A stretch of 64,000 nucleotides of DNA from an uncultured delta proteobacterium. Its GTDB lineage: Bacteria > Desulfobacterota > Binatia > UBA9968. Position numbers and translations under genes: made by a program. Every line of letters begins with the position of its first letter. The first letter of the stretch is position 1. The notes under the pieces are model-generated. The model worked only from the letters and a program-made list of their open reading frames with translations. It did no database searches and was not told the origin of the DNA. The DNA is taken from the NCBI GenBank assembly GCA_963840855.1, contig CAWJBB010000007.1, forward strand, positions 1 to 64,000, in the 5' to 3' direction. Of the stretch, positions 41,317-50,746 are shown piece after piece.

Positions 41317-42075
41317 CTAGCGGATCTTAATTCCTCGCTTCTCCTTCTCCTCTACTACCTTCGAACCTCTCTCGGCGTACCATTCGATCTGGCGAAACAT
41401 GCCGGTCAAGATTCTGACGTCCTTGTCTTCGAGTCCGGCGCGCCCAAGAAAGCGGCGGAACGCCAAAAGCATATGCTCCGGGTTCTCGGAATCCAGAAAG
41501 CCGATTTTTAATAACGAAGCCCTCATGATGTCAAACAGTCGCTCGACATGTTCGGCTTGGGCGCGCTGGATCGCCGCATGCGGTACTTCCGTCATGGACG
41601 CAATGAATATTTCATAAAGACAAACCACGGCTGCTTGCGCAACGTTGAGCGATTGATAATCAGAGTGGGTCGGGATCGTAATGAGCAACTGGCAAGCCTC
41701 AATATCCTTGTTGCTGAGGCCGTGATCTTCGGGGCCGAGAACCAACGCCACCTTGCCGGCCTCCAGAGCAGCGGCGATTTCCGGCGCGATTTCTCGCGGT
41801 GGCTGGCTATGATTGCGGTAGAGACCCGAGCGCGCCGTGGTGCCGACGATAAGATGGCAGTCGGCAGTCGCTTGGCGGATCGTCTCATAGCATTGCGCTT
41901 CGCTGAGGACATCCCGGCCGTGCACGGCCATGGCGCGGGCCCAGAAACTGCGCGTGCGCGCGCTACCGACAATGGCCAGCTCGCGCGCGCCGAAATTTTT
42001 CATGACCCGCGCAATGGAGCCGATATTGCCGGAGCCGCGCGGGCGAACAAGAACGACGCGCAAGTTATTCAACAT
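41317..42075 (-). CDS. trmJ: TrmJ/LasT family SPOUT RNA methyltransferase
   Basis: VVLVRP..SGNIGSIARVMKNFG, GTTAR, GPEDHGLSN, SLNVAQA. Confidence 0.85.
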   Translation of the reverse strand: MLNNLRVVLVRPRGSGNIGSIARVMKNFGARELAIVGSARTRSFWARAMAVHGRDVLSEAQCYETIRQATADCHLIVGTTARSGLYRNHSQPPREIAPEIAAALEAGKVALVLGPEDHGLSNKDIEACQLLITIPTHSDYQSLNVAQAAVVCLYEIFIASMTEVPHAAIQRAQAEHVERLFDIMRASLLKIGFLDSENPEHMLLAFRRFLGRAGLEDKDVRILTGMFRQIEWYAERGSKVVEEKEKRGIKIR

Positions 42076-42076
42076 A

Positions 42077-42186
42077 AGGCAATAGGCAACGGGTAATAGA
42101 ACGGGAGGCGTGAGGCGGAAGGCGACAGGCGCGAGTCAGACCAGATTGATTTATTTTCTCATGCCTCATGCCTCTCGCCTCATGCT
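42077..42186. repeat. Heptamer inverted array (GAGGCGT/AGGCAAT)n...(CCTCATG)n
   Basis: aaggcaataggcaacgggtaatag..gaggcgtgaggcggaaggcgacaggcg ... ctcatgcctcatgcctctcgcctcatgc; similar at 2979, 34724, 57710. Confidence 0.7.
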
Positions 42187-42839
42187 TATTTCGCAAACGG
42201 GCAATTCCTATTTTTTAAGATTACGTTGCGGTTTTTCATGTCGAATTCGGTGCGGTAATCGAAAGTCTCGTTCATGATAGACTGCCCGTCGGTGACATGC
42301 TCCGCGCCGAAGATGTGGCCCAGCTCGTGAATCAGCGCGACGCTATCGTATGTCAGATCCGCCGATGGACCGCCGTAGCGAAACACTTCCCGCACCGGCA
42401 CGATGACATAATATCCCAAGCCGTCTCGGCAGTTGCCAATTTTGTCGACGCGAGGCCGCCCCGCGCCGGTGTAGCGGCTCACCGACTCGCCGGTGAAGGC
42501 TATGATCAGGTCGTGACCGGCTTCTTTGCGTTCGAGGGGAAAGTCCCGTTTGAGCCTGACCATAAGATCGGCGGTTGACGGTATTCTTTCCTGACTGGGC
42601 CAGGCGGCGGCGCTCTGGGTGATAAATCGGACATTAAACTCGCGCTCGTAATAATCCGACGCAGCCTCCACCAGGCCGCGCAGCTCTTTTTCCCAGCCGG
42701 AATTGCGCTGTCTGATGGCCGGGTCGGCGAGTACTTTGACCCGCACAACGCGCTGCGGCGGACCGTCGCTCAGAACCCCGCAGGAAGCGAAAACAAGTGC
42801 GCTAAGGATGCAGCAAATTATCCGTCGGCGCGTAGTCAT
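42186..42839 (-). CDS. Zinc metalloprotease (metzincin-like) lipoprotein
   Basis: HELGHIFGAEH plus SIMN Met-turn; lipobox-like FASC. Confidence 0.82.
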   Translation of the reverse strand: MTTRRRIICCILSALVFASCGVLSDGPPQRVVRVKVLADPAIRQRNSGWEKELRGLVEAASDYYEREFNVRFITQSAAAWPSQERIPSTADLMVRLKRDFPLERKEAGHDLIIAFTGESVSRYTGAGRPRVDKIGNCRDGLGYYVIVPVREVFRYGGPSADLTYDSVALIHELGHIFGAEHVTDGQSIMNETFDYRTEFDMKNRNVILKNRNCPFAK

Positions 42840-44316
42840 CGGTGAGCACAGGTACATCTTTGTCGGCCAGCGGTCCGTCGTAGTAGGCAATGGCGAGGTC
42901 CTTGAGCGGGTCGGGAAAAAGGCCTTTGTCGAGAGCGGCGGCGCGCTTGAGGATGTCTTTAATATCCAGGCGTTGCCTATCTCTCGTGGCGATGATGATC
43001 ACGTTTTGGATCGTTTCGATGCTGACGTTCTCGGGCCGGCGCGCGGCGAAGATATAGGTTTGCGGAAAGATCTGCCGCTGCGTCTTCACGAAGGCGCGGG
43101 CGATCTTTCCGCTGGGCCCCGTGACGGCACTGATGAGATTGGCGACGATGATTCCGTTGGGTGTTAGTTTTCGCTGCGCCAGTTCGAAGAATTCCTTGGT
43201 GGCGAGGTGAAACGGCATGGCGTCGGTGTAGTAGGCGTCGAGCATGATGATGTCGTATTGGTGCGCTGTGCGGGTCAGGAATAGCCGGCCGTCCTGCGCG
43301 TGAATCCGGAGGTTCTTACTTTCGCGCACGTTGAAATGGTTTTTGGCGATTTGCACGACTTCCGGGTCGATCTCGACGGCGTCGATTTCCATCGTGGGGA
43401 ATTCTTTCTGCACTTTCTTCGGAATCGATCCGCCGCCCAGGCCGATGAGCAGCATTTTCTTGGCGTCTGGGCGAAAGGCGAAGCCTAGAGAGGTATAGCG
43501 GGAATAAACCAGCCTGAGCGCCGAGGGATCTTTGAGATTCATGGCGCTTTGCAGCGTCCGGTCGAAGTACATGTACCGCGCTTCTTCGTCCTCTTCGACG
43601 CGGATACGGTGATAAAAAGTGTCTTTTTCCAAGAGCGTTTTGATCTTGGCCCAAAGCAGCGACGGCCAGGGCACGATGATCGAACCAATGATCGAAAGCG
43701 CAGTTACGGCGCGCCCCACGGTAGCGCCGCGGAGCCGCACGAGAGGCACCACGAGCAGGGAGAGGCAAGCCAAAGTCATACCTAGCGCGTGAATAATGTT
43801 ACTCACACCCATGATCGGTATCAAGTAAAAAGCGGTGAGCAAGGTGCCGAAAATGCTGCCGCAGGTGGACACGGCGTAAAGCGTGCCCGCCGTGCTGCCC
43901 ACGGTGGAGAGCTGAGTCGCCGCAAGACGGATTACATAGGGAGAAATCATTCCCAGGAAAACACCCGGTGGCAAGAAATAGATGCTGCAGGCGATCAAGG
44001 GACTCAGGCGAATGCCCAAATCGGCGCTCGCAACCCACTCGTTGACCGTGGGGTAGATGAACGGCAAGACGAAAATAAGGGCGCCGGGAATCAACAGCAA
44101 CGCGAGCAGCCGCCCGTAGGAAGGTTCGCGGGTGGAAAGCCAGCCGCCCCAGTAGTAACCGGTGCTAAGCGCGGCCATGACGACGGAGATCAAGCTGCCC
44201 CAGACGAAAATCGAGCTGCCGAAGTGGGGGGCCAGCACGCGGCTCCCGGCGATTTCCAAACCCATCAGCACGGCGCCGCTGACAAAGACGATTATATAAT
44301 GCAGAGATTGCACCAT
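42802..44316 (-). CDS. Fused MFS/spermidine synthase-like protein
   Basis: FVSGAVLMGLEIAGSRVLAPHFG membrane domain; LIGLGGG, VEIDPEV, DGRLFL, LTDDYAP. Confidence 0.9.
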   Translation of the reverse strand: MVQSLHYIIVFVSGAVLMGLEIAGSRVLAPHFGSSIFVWGSLISVVMAALSTGYYWGGWLSTREPSYGRLLALLLIPGALIFVLPFIYPTVNEWVASADLGIRLSPLIACSIYFLPPGVFLGMISPYVIRLAATQLSTVGSTAGTLYAVSTCGSIFGTLLTAFYLIPIMGVSNIIHALGMTLACLSLLVVPLVRLRGATVGRAVTALSIIGSIIVPWPSLLWAKIKTLLEKDTFYHRIRVEEDEEARYMYFDRTLQSAMNLKDPSALRLVYSRYTSLGFAFRPDAKKMLLIGLGGGSIPKKVQKEFPTMEIDAVEIDPEVVQIAKNHFNVRESKNLRIHAQDGRLFLTRTAHQYDIIMLDAYYTDAMPFHLATKEFFELAQRKLTPNGIIVANLISAVTGPSGKIARAFVKTQRQIFPQTYIFAARRPENVSIETIQNVIIIATRDRQRLDIKDILKRAAALDKGLFPDPLKDLAIAYYDGPLADKDVPVLTDDYAPTDNLLHP

Positions 44317-44318
44317 GG

Positions 44319-46319
44319 TTAATTCTCCCAGCCCCAATCCTTCTCTTCGTTGACCAGCGACATCGGCTCGAGTAAATCGCCGGAGATCCCTTCGATGAAC
44401 TGCGAAGGACGCGAGAGCACCATGCGCAGACCGCGGTCGAAGATTCTTATCGGGTAGGTGATAAACAAATTTTCCTTGGCCCGCGTCGCGGCGACGTAAA
44501 GCAAGCGGCGTTCTTCCTCCAGGTCATGGTCGGTGCTGATGTTATAGAACGAAGGAAAGCGTCCTTCCAAGGCCCAAATGATAAACACCGAATGCCACTC
44601 CAGGCCTTTGGCGGAATGAATCGTCGAGAGCACCAACGGACCCTCGTCGGGGTCCACCGCCAGCACGCCGGCAACACTGTCGTTGGGCGGTTCCAATGCC
44701 ATGTCGCTCAACAAGCGCTCCAGACTGCGATAGCGCTCGGTGATGCCGTAGAAATGTTCCAGGTCCTTGAGCCGCTTCGGATGGTCGTCGGGGTGATTGT
44801 GCTTGAGAATGGGCAAATAGTATTGCATGAGGTATTGCACCTGCTCGGCGGGCCGCTCCCCTTCGGTGGCACCCTGAAGAACTTGCGCCAGGGTTTTGAG
44901 TTCCATCGCAACCTTTCCCTTGGCCTCGAAGGTACGCAGCCGCTCGACGGGCTGGCTGCCGTCGAGCAGCCAACGAGTTATCTTCTGGCTCATCTGCGCG
45001 CCGACGCCTCCGAGCAGCAACAGGATACGGTTCCAGGAAATCGCATCATGGGGATTGGCGAGCACGCGCAGATGCGCGAGCAAATCCTTGATGTGGGTGG
45101 TTTCCATGAACTGAAAGCCGCCGCGCTTGATGAACGGGATATTGTGCCGCACCAGCTCGATTTCCAGATCAAAGGAGTGGAAGCTCGAGCGAAACAGCAC
45201 GGCCATGTCCCAGAGCGGCACGCCTTCTTCGCGCAGCTCCAAAATCTTCTGGCATACGAAGCGCGACTGCATCTGCTCGCTTTCCGCCTGGACCAAAATC
45301 GGCGTCTCGCCCTCCTGCTTGCGCGTGTAGAGCTTTTTTTCGTAGCGCTCTTTGGCCCGCTGGATGATCTCGTTGGTTAAATTCAATATGGGCTGGGTGC
45401 TGCGGTAGTTCTCTTCGAGTTTGACAAGGCGGGTTCCCGGAAACGCGTCGGGGAAATCCATGATATTGCGAAAATCGGCGCCGCGAAACGAATAGATGCT
45501 CTGAGCGTCGTCGCCGACCACCGCGACGTTGTCATGGGCGGCGGCGAGCAGGCGAACAATCTGCGCCTGCAGGTGGTTGGTGTCCTGGTACTCGTCGACC
45601 ATGATGAAGCGGTAGTTTTCCGAAAGGCGGCGGCGCACCCCTTCATGGCTCGCCAGCAAATGCCGGAGCTTGGTTAACAGATCATCGTAATCAACCAGCG
45701 TCTTGGTAGACTTGTACTCGGCATACCCGTTGTAGAGCCGCAGCAGGTCTTCGAGGGACTCGTATAGGTGGGGATACTCATTTTCAATCAGCTCAGCCAC
45801 GGTGGTCTGTTTGTTCAGCGCCATGCTGAAAATTTCCGCGACGGTTTGCTTGCGCGGAAAACGTTTGTCTTTATGATGGAGCCCCATTTCGCTGCGCAGC
45901 AGCTGGATGGCGTCTTCGCTGTCCGAGCGATCCATGATCGTAAACGACGGTGGCAGATCGATGCGGCTGCCGTACTGGCGCAGGACCAGGTTGGCGAAGG
46001 AATGAAACGTGCCGCCGGCAACCCGGCTGCAACGGTTGTCGATGAGCACGCTGGCGCGGCGCAGCATCTCTTCGGCGGCGCGCCGGGTGAAGGTCAAAAG
46101 CAGAATTGAGCGCGGATCGACTCCGATATCGATCAGATGCGCGACGCGGTAAACCAGCGTGCGTGTCTTCCCGGTGCCCGCGCCGGCGATGATCAACAGG
46201 GGCCCCTCCACCATCGTCGCCGCCTGGTATTGAGATTCGTTAAGCTCCTTGCGGTAATCCAGCTTAGAGGACGGCGCGAACGTCGGGATGGTGTTTTTGA
46301 GAACGTACCGTTTGGCCAA
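44319..46319 (-). CDS. UvrD/PcrA/Rep family ATP-dependent DNA helicase
   Basis: AGAGTGKT, LTFTRRAA, GTFHS, VDEYQDTN, GDDAQSIYSFRGA, NYRST, TIHSAKGLEW, EERRLLYVAATRA. Confidence 0.95.
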   Translation of the reverse strand: MAKRYVLKNTIPTFAPSSKLDYRKELNESQYQAATMVEGPLLIIAGAGTGKTRTLVYRVAHLIDIGVDPRSILLLTFTRRAAEEMLRRASVLIDNRCSRVAGGTFHSFANLVLRQYGSRIDLPPSFTIMDRSDSEDAIQLLRSEMGLHHKDKRFPRKQTVAEIFSMALNKQTTVAELIENEYPHLYESLEDLLRLYNGYAEYKSTKTLVDYDDLLTKLRHLLASHEGVRRRLSENYRFIMVDEYQDTNHLQAQIVRLLAAAHDNVAVVGDDAQSIYSFRGADFRNIMDFPDAFPGTRLVKLEENYRSTQPILNLTNEIIQRAKERYEKKLYTRKQEGETPILVQAESEQMQSRFVCQKILELREEGVPLWDMAVLFRSSFHSFDLEIELVRHNIPFIKRGGFQFMETTHIKDLLAHLRVLANPHDAISWNRILLLLGGVGAQMSQKITRWLLDGSQPVERLRTFEAKGKVAMELKTLAQVLQGATEGERPAEQVQYLMQYYLPILKHNHPDDHPKRLKDLEHFYGITERYRSLERLLSDMALEPPNDSVAGVLAVDPDEGPLVLSTIHSAKGLEWHSVFIIWALEGRFPSFYNISTDHDLEEERRLLYVAATRAKENLFITYPIRIFDRGLRMVLSRPSQFIEGISGDLLEPMSLVNEEKDWGWEN

Positions 46320-46391
46320 GGGAACTCCGATTGCGAGTAAATTAGCGGTTTTCCTTTGGAGCGGCAAGGCCCGACGCGCGGATACTATCCA

Positions 46392-46487
46392 AGTTCAACA
46401 TTCAAGGTTCAATGTTCCGGATCAACCTCGGAGCCGTGAACGATTGACTTTGAACCCATTCGGCAAGCTCAGGACAGGCGTTGAACC
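46392..46487. repeat. GTTCAA/TTGAAC heptamer inverted array
   Basis: agttcaacattcaaggttcaatgttcc ... ttgactttgaacc ... ttgaacc. Confidence 0.7.
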
Positions 46488-46543
46488 TCCCTGATAGTTT
46501 TTATCGTTGCCTTGGCGTAAAATTATTCCAGGACGATCATGCC

Positions 46544-47176
46544 ATGACGGAGAGGATCGTTAGAACAAACCTGAAAATATTGGCGCGCGCGTTATTGTTC
46601 GTCGCGCTTGCTGTGGGTTACGGCTCGGCACAGGAGCGCGGCACGCTCAGCGAATTTCGCGACGAAGAGTTCGGTTACCGTTTTCTTTATCCGGCAGAAT
46701 GGAAGTTGGACTCGCTTCCCGAAGGCGAGGCGAATCCGGGAATGCGAGTGCGGCTGCGAGGGGTCGCGGGAAGCTCGTTCGTTGTGATCATCGAACGAAC
46801 CGGCCAACCGCTATCCAAGCTTGAGTTTCAGGCGGATCGGAACGCGGAAAAACGGATCGAGGCGATGATGCGCCAGACTTTGGATCAAACATACCGCGCC
46901 GTCAGCAAGAGCCTCGGCGCTCTGGCCATGAAAACTGGCGAAAAACGCAACCTGAGCGACGACTATGCGATCAAGTATTACCTAGCGACGCTGAACCAGA
47001 TGAAAACCGGCAGTCCGGTCGTCGTGGCGGGCACCCATGCCTATCCGTTTTCTAAAGACTATTCGGTGAATTTCATCATGACGGCATTTCATCGCGGCAA
47101 CGCCGCGGAAAACCAGCTCCTCAGCACAGTTTTCAATTCCTTCCGCTTGCTCGACCCTGCGGCCCCGCCCAAGTAG
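46544..47176 (+). CDS. Secreted hypothetical protein (possibly PsbP/Mog1-like fold)
   Basis: Signal peptide, FGYRFLYPAEW near N-terminus, FNSFRL at C-terminus. Confidence 0.6.
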   Translation: MTERIVRTNLKILARALLFVALAVGYGSAQERGTLSEFRDEEFGYRFLYPAEWKLDSLPEGEANPGMRVRLRGVAGSSFVVIIERTGQPLSKLEFQADRNAEKRIEAMMRQTLDQTYRAVSKSLGALAMKTGEKRNLSDDYAIKYYLATLNQMKTGSPVVVAGTHAYPFSKDYSVNFIMTAFHRGNAAENQLLSTVFNSFRLLDPAAPPK

Positions 47177-47182
47177 GCCCCG

Positions 47183-47273
47183 GTTCAAGGTTCAATGTTC
47201 AAGGTTCAAAGTAGAAGATTCGGATTCAGCTCCGAGTCCGACACTTTGAACTTTGAACGTTGAACCTTGAACG
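47183..47273. repeat. GTTCAA/TTGAAC heptamer inverted array between convergent genes
   Basis: gttcaaggttcaatgttcaaggttcaaag ... ctttgaactttgaacgttgaaccttgaacg. Confidence 0.82.
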
Positions 47274-47922
47274 GACTTATCCTGGGGCCGAAGATTAGGA
47301 AGGACTGGCGGTCGAGGAAGTCGAATTCACTCGCTAAACGGTAACCGGCCTGTTCCATTTCCCGTTTAATGAAGTCGCTGGGGGTGTAGTGTTTCAATAA
47401 GCCGCTGAACCAAGACCGGCGGTCGAAATCGATGACCGCCACGCGGCCGCCCGGTCGCAAAGTCTTGCGCAACGCGGCGAAGTAAGCCACGCGATTTTCG
47501 ATGTGGTGGTAGGTATTCGAGGTAAAAATCAGATCGATGCGCCCTTCGGGGAGCAAGGAATCGTTGGGCTTGGCGAGGATAACCTCAACGTTTTGCAAGC
47601 CCTGCTCCTTTGCCTTCCGCGCTACGAGCTCGGTCATGTCGTTATCGATATCCACGGCGTAGACTTTACCCGCGGGACCGGCGGCCTGGGCGAGAAGAAA
47701 AGTGAAATAGCCGCTGCCGGCGCCCAGGTCGGCGATGGTCGCGCCGGGACGAATTTGCAGCGATTGGATCACTCTTTGCGGCTGCTGCCACTCGTCGCGG
47801 CTTAAACCCTCATAGGCGCACTGTTTAAGCCCGGCGCAGCCGCTGCAAAGGAAAGCGACAAGAAAAAAGGAATGGAAAAAGTCGCGCCGTCGCTCACGTC
47901 GCTCCAATGGAAGTTCACTCAC
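47206..47922 (-). CDS. Class I SAM-dependent methyltransferase
   Basis: RDEWQQP, IADLGAGSGYF, VYAVDI, YHHI, LRPGGRVAVIDF. Confidence 0.88.
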   Translation of the reverse strand: MSELPLERRERRRDFFHSFFLVAFLCSGCAGLKQCAYEGLSRDEWQQPQRVIQSLQIRPGATIADLGAGSGYFTFLLAQAAGPAGKVYAVDIDNDMTELVARKAKEQGLQNVEVILAKPNDSLLPEGRIDLIFTSNTYHHIENRVAYFAALRKTLRPGGRVAVIDFDRRSWFSGLLKHYTPSDFIKREMEQAGYRLASEFDFLDRQSFLIFGPRISPFKVQRSKFKVSDSELNPNLLL

Positions 47923-48012
47923 AAAATCTCCCCGTCCCCTCTTTTTCAAAGAGGGGTTAAGAACATCCGACCAACTTCCCCCTTTGCAAAAAGGGGGATC
48001 AAGGGAGGTTTG
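47923..48012. repeat. CCCCTTT...AAAGGGG double-hairpin intergenic repeat
   Basis: cccctctttttcaaagagggg and ccccctttgcaaaaggggg. Confidence 0.6.
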
Positions 48013-48115
48013 AGCTCTGAAGAAGGACCGCATTTACCGAGTTGAAAGAAACTGCATTTTACTGCCGGGCGTACGGCAACATGCAAGAGCACGGATCAAG
48101 ATCGCACAATCGGCG

Positions 48116-48334
48116 TCAGTCCTGTGGATACAGTTTCTTCCCGGTCTCTTCTTCGTTCAGGGCAATCGCCTTGGTTGGGCAGAGTTTTGCGGCAAAAAGG
48201 ATTTTTTCATCGCTGTCGCCCTTGGCGTCGATGACCGACGCGATCATGGTTTTGTCGAGCTGGAACACCTTGGGCGAAACCTGGACGCACTTGGCATACC
48301 CTTCGCATTTGGTGCGATCCACGGTGATTTTCAT
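48116..48334 (-). CDS. Ferredoxin, probably [3Fe-4S] type
   Basis: MKITVDRTKCEGYAKC...CPTKAI; GGAGGG RBS. Confidence 0.85.
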   Translation of the reverse strand: MKITVDRTKCEGYAKCVQVSPKVFQLDKTMIASVIDAKGDSDEKILFAAKLCPTKAIALNEEETGKKLYPQD

Positions 48335-48393
48335 GCTGTCCCTCCGAGTTGAATGCCGATTCGCAATCGACTTCCTCTTTATCTTCAGCGGCT

Positions 48394-49566
48394 TCAATTG
48401 CCCAAACGATAGAGCTTGGCGGCGTTTTCGCGGTTTAGCTTTTTCTTGACGGCGGGGTCGATCCCCGCGCAATTGTGTTCGACGGTTTCTTTGGAATAGG
48501 GCCAAGTGGTCACGCCGTGCGGATAATCGCTTGCCCAGAGGAAATTATCCTCTCCATAAACAGGGGTGGTGAGAACGCCCGCACGATCGTCCTGGTAAGT
48601 AAAGAATGCGTTGGTTTTGAAATATTCGCTGGGCGGCAGCTTATTGATATTTAGCTCCGCGTCGAAGGTGCTCGCGCGGCCGAACCAGTAATCGACCTGC
48701 TGGACCAAATTGGCGACCCAGCCGACGTCGAACTCGGCACAGACGACTTTTAACTTTGGATATCGGTCGAAGACGCCCGACAAAATCATGTTGCCGAGAA
48801 ACTGCTGCGCCGGTACTTGCTTGTTGGCAAAGCCGAGGCTCTGTTTTTTCGGTTCTACCTCGCGCGGGCCTTCGTAATGCGTGCGCGCGACGCCCTGGGT
48901 GACGCTGGTGTGGACGTTGATGACCATACCGGTCTCTTCCAGCGCGCTCCACATGGGTTCGTACTTGGGCTCGTAGTAGCCGCTGTCCTTTATGCGCGTG
49001 GGGATCTGCACGCCGCGGAAGCCGAGCTTGGCGTAGTGCTGGATATCCGCGACGGTGTGCGCCATGTCCAGGATCGGAATGAGCGCCAGGCCGATGAGCC
49101 TTTTCGGCGCGGCGCTGCAGAACTCATGGAGCCATTCGTTGTAAGAGTGAAATACGGCGCGTTGAAAGGGCTCGTCGACGATGCTGTAGAGCTGGCGCAC
49201 GGCGCTTGAAAAGAGAATTTCCGCTTCGACGCCGTCGGTATCCTGATCTTTTAAGCGAGCGCCGGGCTCCCAGCCGCCGGGGTAGTCTTCGTAGCGAAAA
49301 GCTTCGTTGAAGCGAATAGTCTCGAAGTGTTTTTTTTGCTCGACTTCGGAGATTCCCCGGTTCTTGCCCACAGCCAAACCTTGGGAATAGTGCGATAAGC
49401 CGACTGGCGGCAGGCCATCGATGAGCAGCCAGATGCCTTTGGGCACACCAGGTGGGTCTTTCACAACTTTGGGCGCGCGTTCGCCGTATTCTTTCTGGAC
49501 GCGCTCCCAGGCTGCCGGCGGTTCATTGACGTGGCTATCGGCCGATATAAGTTTGAAATCTGGCAT
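48394..49566 (-). CDS. Amidohydrolase family protein (Amidohydro_2)
   Basis: ISADSHVNEP, DQDTDGVEAE, YNEWL, SGVFDRYPKL, WASDYPH. Confidence 0.92.
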   Translation of the reverse strand: MPDFKLISADSHVNEPPAAWERVQKEYGERAPKVVKDPPGVPKGIWLLIDGLPPVGLSHYSQGLAVGKNRGISEVEQKKHFETIRFNEAFRYEDYPGGWEPGARLKDQDTDGVEAEILFSSAVRQLYSIVDEPFQRAVFHSYNEWLHEFCSAAPKRLIGLALIPILDMAHTVADIQHYAKLGFRGVQIPTRIKDSGYYEPKYEPMWSALEETGMVINVHTSVTQGVARTHYEGPREVEPKKQSLGFANKQVPAQQFLGNMILSGVFDRYPKLKVVCAEFDVGWVANLVQQVDYWFGRASTFDAELNINKLPPSEYFKTNAFFTYQDDRAGVLTTPVYGEDNFLWASDYPHGVTTWPYSKETVEHNCAGIDPAVKKKLNRENAAKLYRLGN

Positions 49567-49602
49567 AGTTTTTCTCCCGTGAAATTATTTTGCGTGCTGT
49601 AA

Positions 49603-49632
49603 ACGATATGGGACGTTGGGGGAGCTTGTCAA
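49603..49632 (-). promoter_or_regulatory. Candidate sigma70 promoter for amidohydrolase-ferredoxin genes
   Basis: Minus strand TTGACA-18 nt-TATCGT. Confidence 0.4.
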
Positions 49633-49793
49633 GGCACGCGCTCCTCCCGAGCGCAACTTGGATTGGCGCACGTGCCTGCTTGAGGGTCTCTTTTAGCTGG
49701 CGTTAAGAGAAGGTTCAAGCTGGTAAATCTCCCGTCCACGATACCGGGTCGAAAGCCGCTGATCCATTTGCGTTCCTGCCGCAACTCACAGGT

Positions 49794-49822
49794 TTGACAC
49801 TCCTCCGGCGCGGCTGTAGATT
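49794..49822 (+). promoter_or_regulatory. Sigma70-like promoter
   Basis: TTGACA-17 nt-TAGATT upstream of the VOC gene. Confidence 0.55.
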
Positions 49823-49887
49823 TTCGCTACGGTCGCAAAGGCGGCGGCCGCGTTAAGCGCGAAATTTTCCCGCAACAAGGAGCAATC

Positions 49888-50739
49888 ATGATCGCACCAC
49901 TTACTTTATACGCCACGCATATGGAATGCCGTAACCTGCGCGAATCCATGGCGGTGATGACCGACCTGCTGGCGTTTGAACAGATTTTAGAGAAGCCTGG
50001 TGAAGCGACGCTCAAGCATCCGAACACGGACTGGCGGCTGGTGCTGCACGAGGCGGGACCGGACGCGCCGGCAAAGCAGATGCACAATCACTGGGGCGTG
50101 CGGGTGGCGACGGCGGAAGAAGTGGACAGAGCCTACGAATATCTCGTGGCGCACAAAGCTGAATACAAACTGGGCGCCATCGGCAAGCCGACCTGGAGTC
50201 ATGGCTCGTACTCCTGCTATTTCGTCGAGCCAGGCACCAACGGCTGGGAGATCGAATGCTACGAAGCGGTTAACCGAAAAGAAGCGACGGCGCAAAGCTT
50301 CGGCAGCGTGAAGACGCCGCATTGGACGGAAGTTTTACCTGAAGAACGATTTCCCGGGCGCGGCTATGTGCCGCAGGGATTTACCCACGGCACGTTAGTG
50401 GCCATCGACTTGAATGCCAGCCATGATTTTTACACCAAAGTGTTGGGCTTGGAGGTCCATCACTTCCGCAATATCGTGATTTACGTTAAGCATCCGAGAA
50501 CCAAGACTTATATCGTCTGTGCCGAACGCAAAAACTTCAAAGTGTTTTCGCCAAACTTCCGCAACACTATGACCGTTGAATCCCGAGACGCCGTCAAAGA
50601 TGCCTACCGCGAATTTACCGAGTTGGGCAAGGAATGGGGCGTGCGGGAGCTGTTTCCACTGCAAGAATCCGGCTCGGCGCTGTCATTCTGTTTTAGAGAC
50701 CCCGGCACCAATTGCTGGGAAATTTCTTCGCCAAACTGA
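49888..50739 (+). CDS. Two-domain VOC/glyoxalase superfamily protein
   Basis: HMEC, NHWGV, YFVEPGTNGWEI and THGTL...FYTKVLGL...FRDPGTNCWEI. Confidence 0.85.
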   Translation: MIAPLTLYATHMECRNLRESMAVMTDLLAFEQILEKPGEATLKHPNTDWRLVLHEAGPDAPAKQMHNHWGVRVATAEEVDRAYEYLVAHKAEYKLGAIGKPTWSHGSYSCYFVEPGTNGWEIECYEAVNRKEATAQSFGSVKTPHWTEVLPEERFPGRGYVPQGFTHGTLVAIDLNASHDFYTKVLGLEVHHFRNIVIYVKHPRTKTYIVCAERKNFKVFSPNFRNTMTVESRDAVKDAYREFTELGKEWGVRELFPLQESGSALSFCFRDPGTNCWEISSPN

Positions 50740-50746
50740 GGTGGTT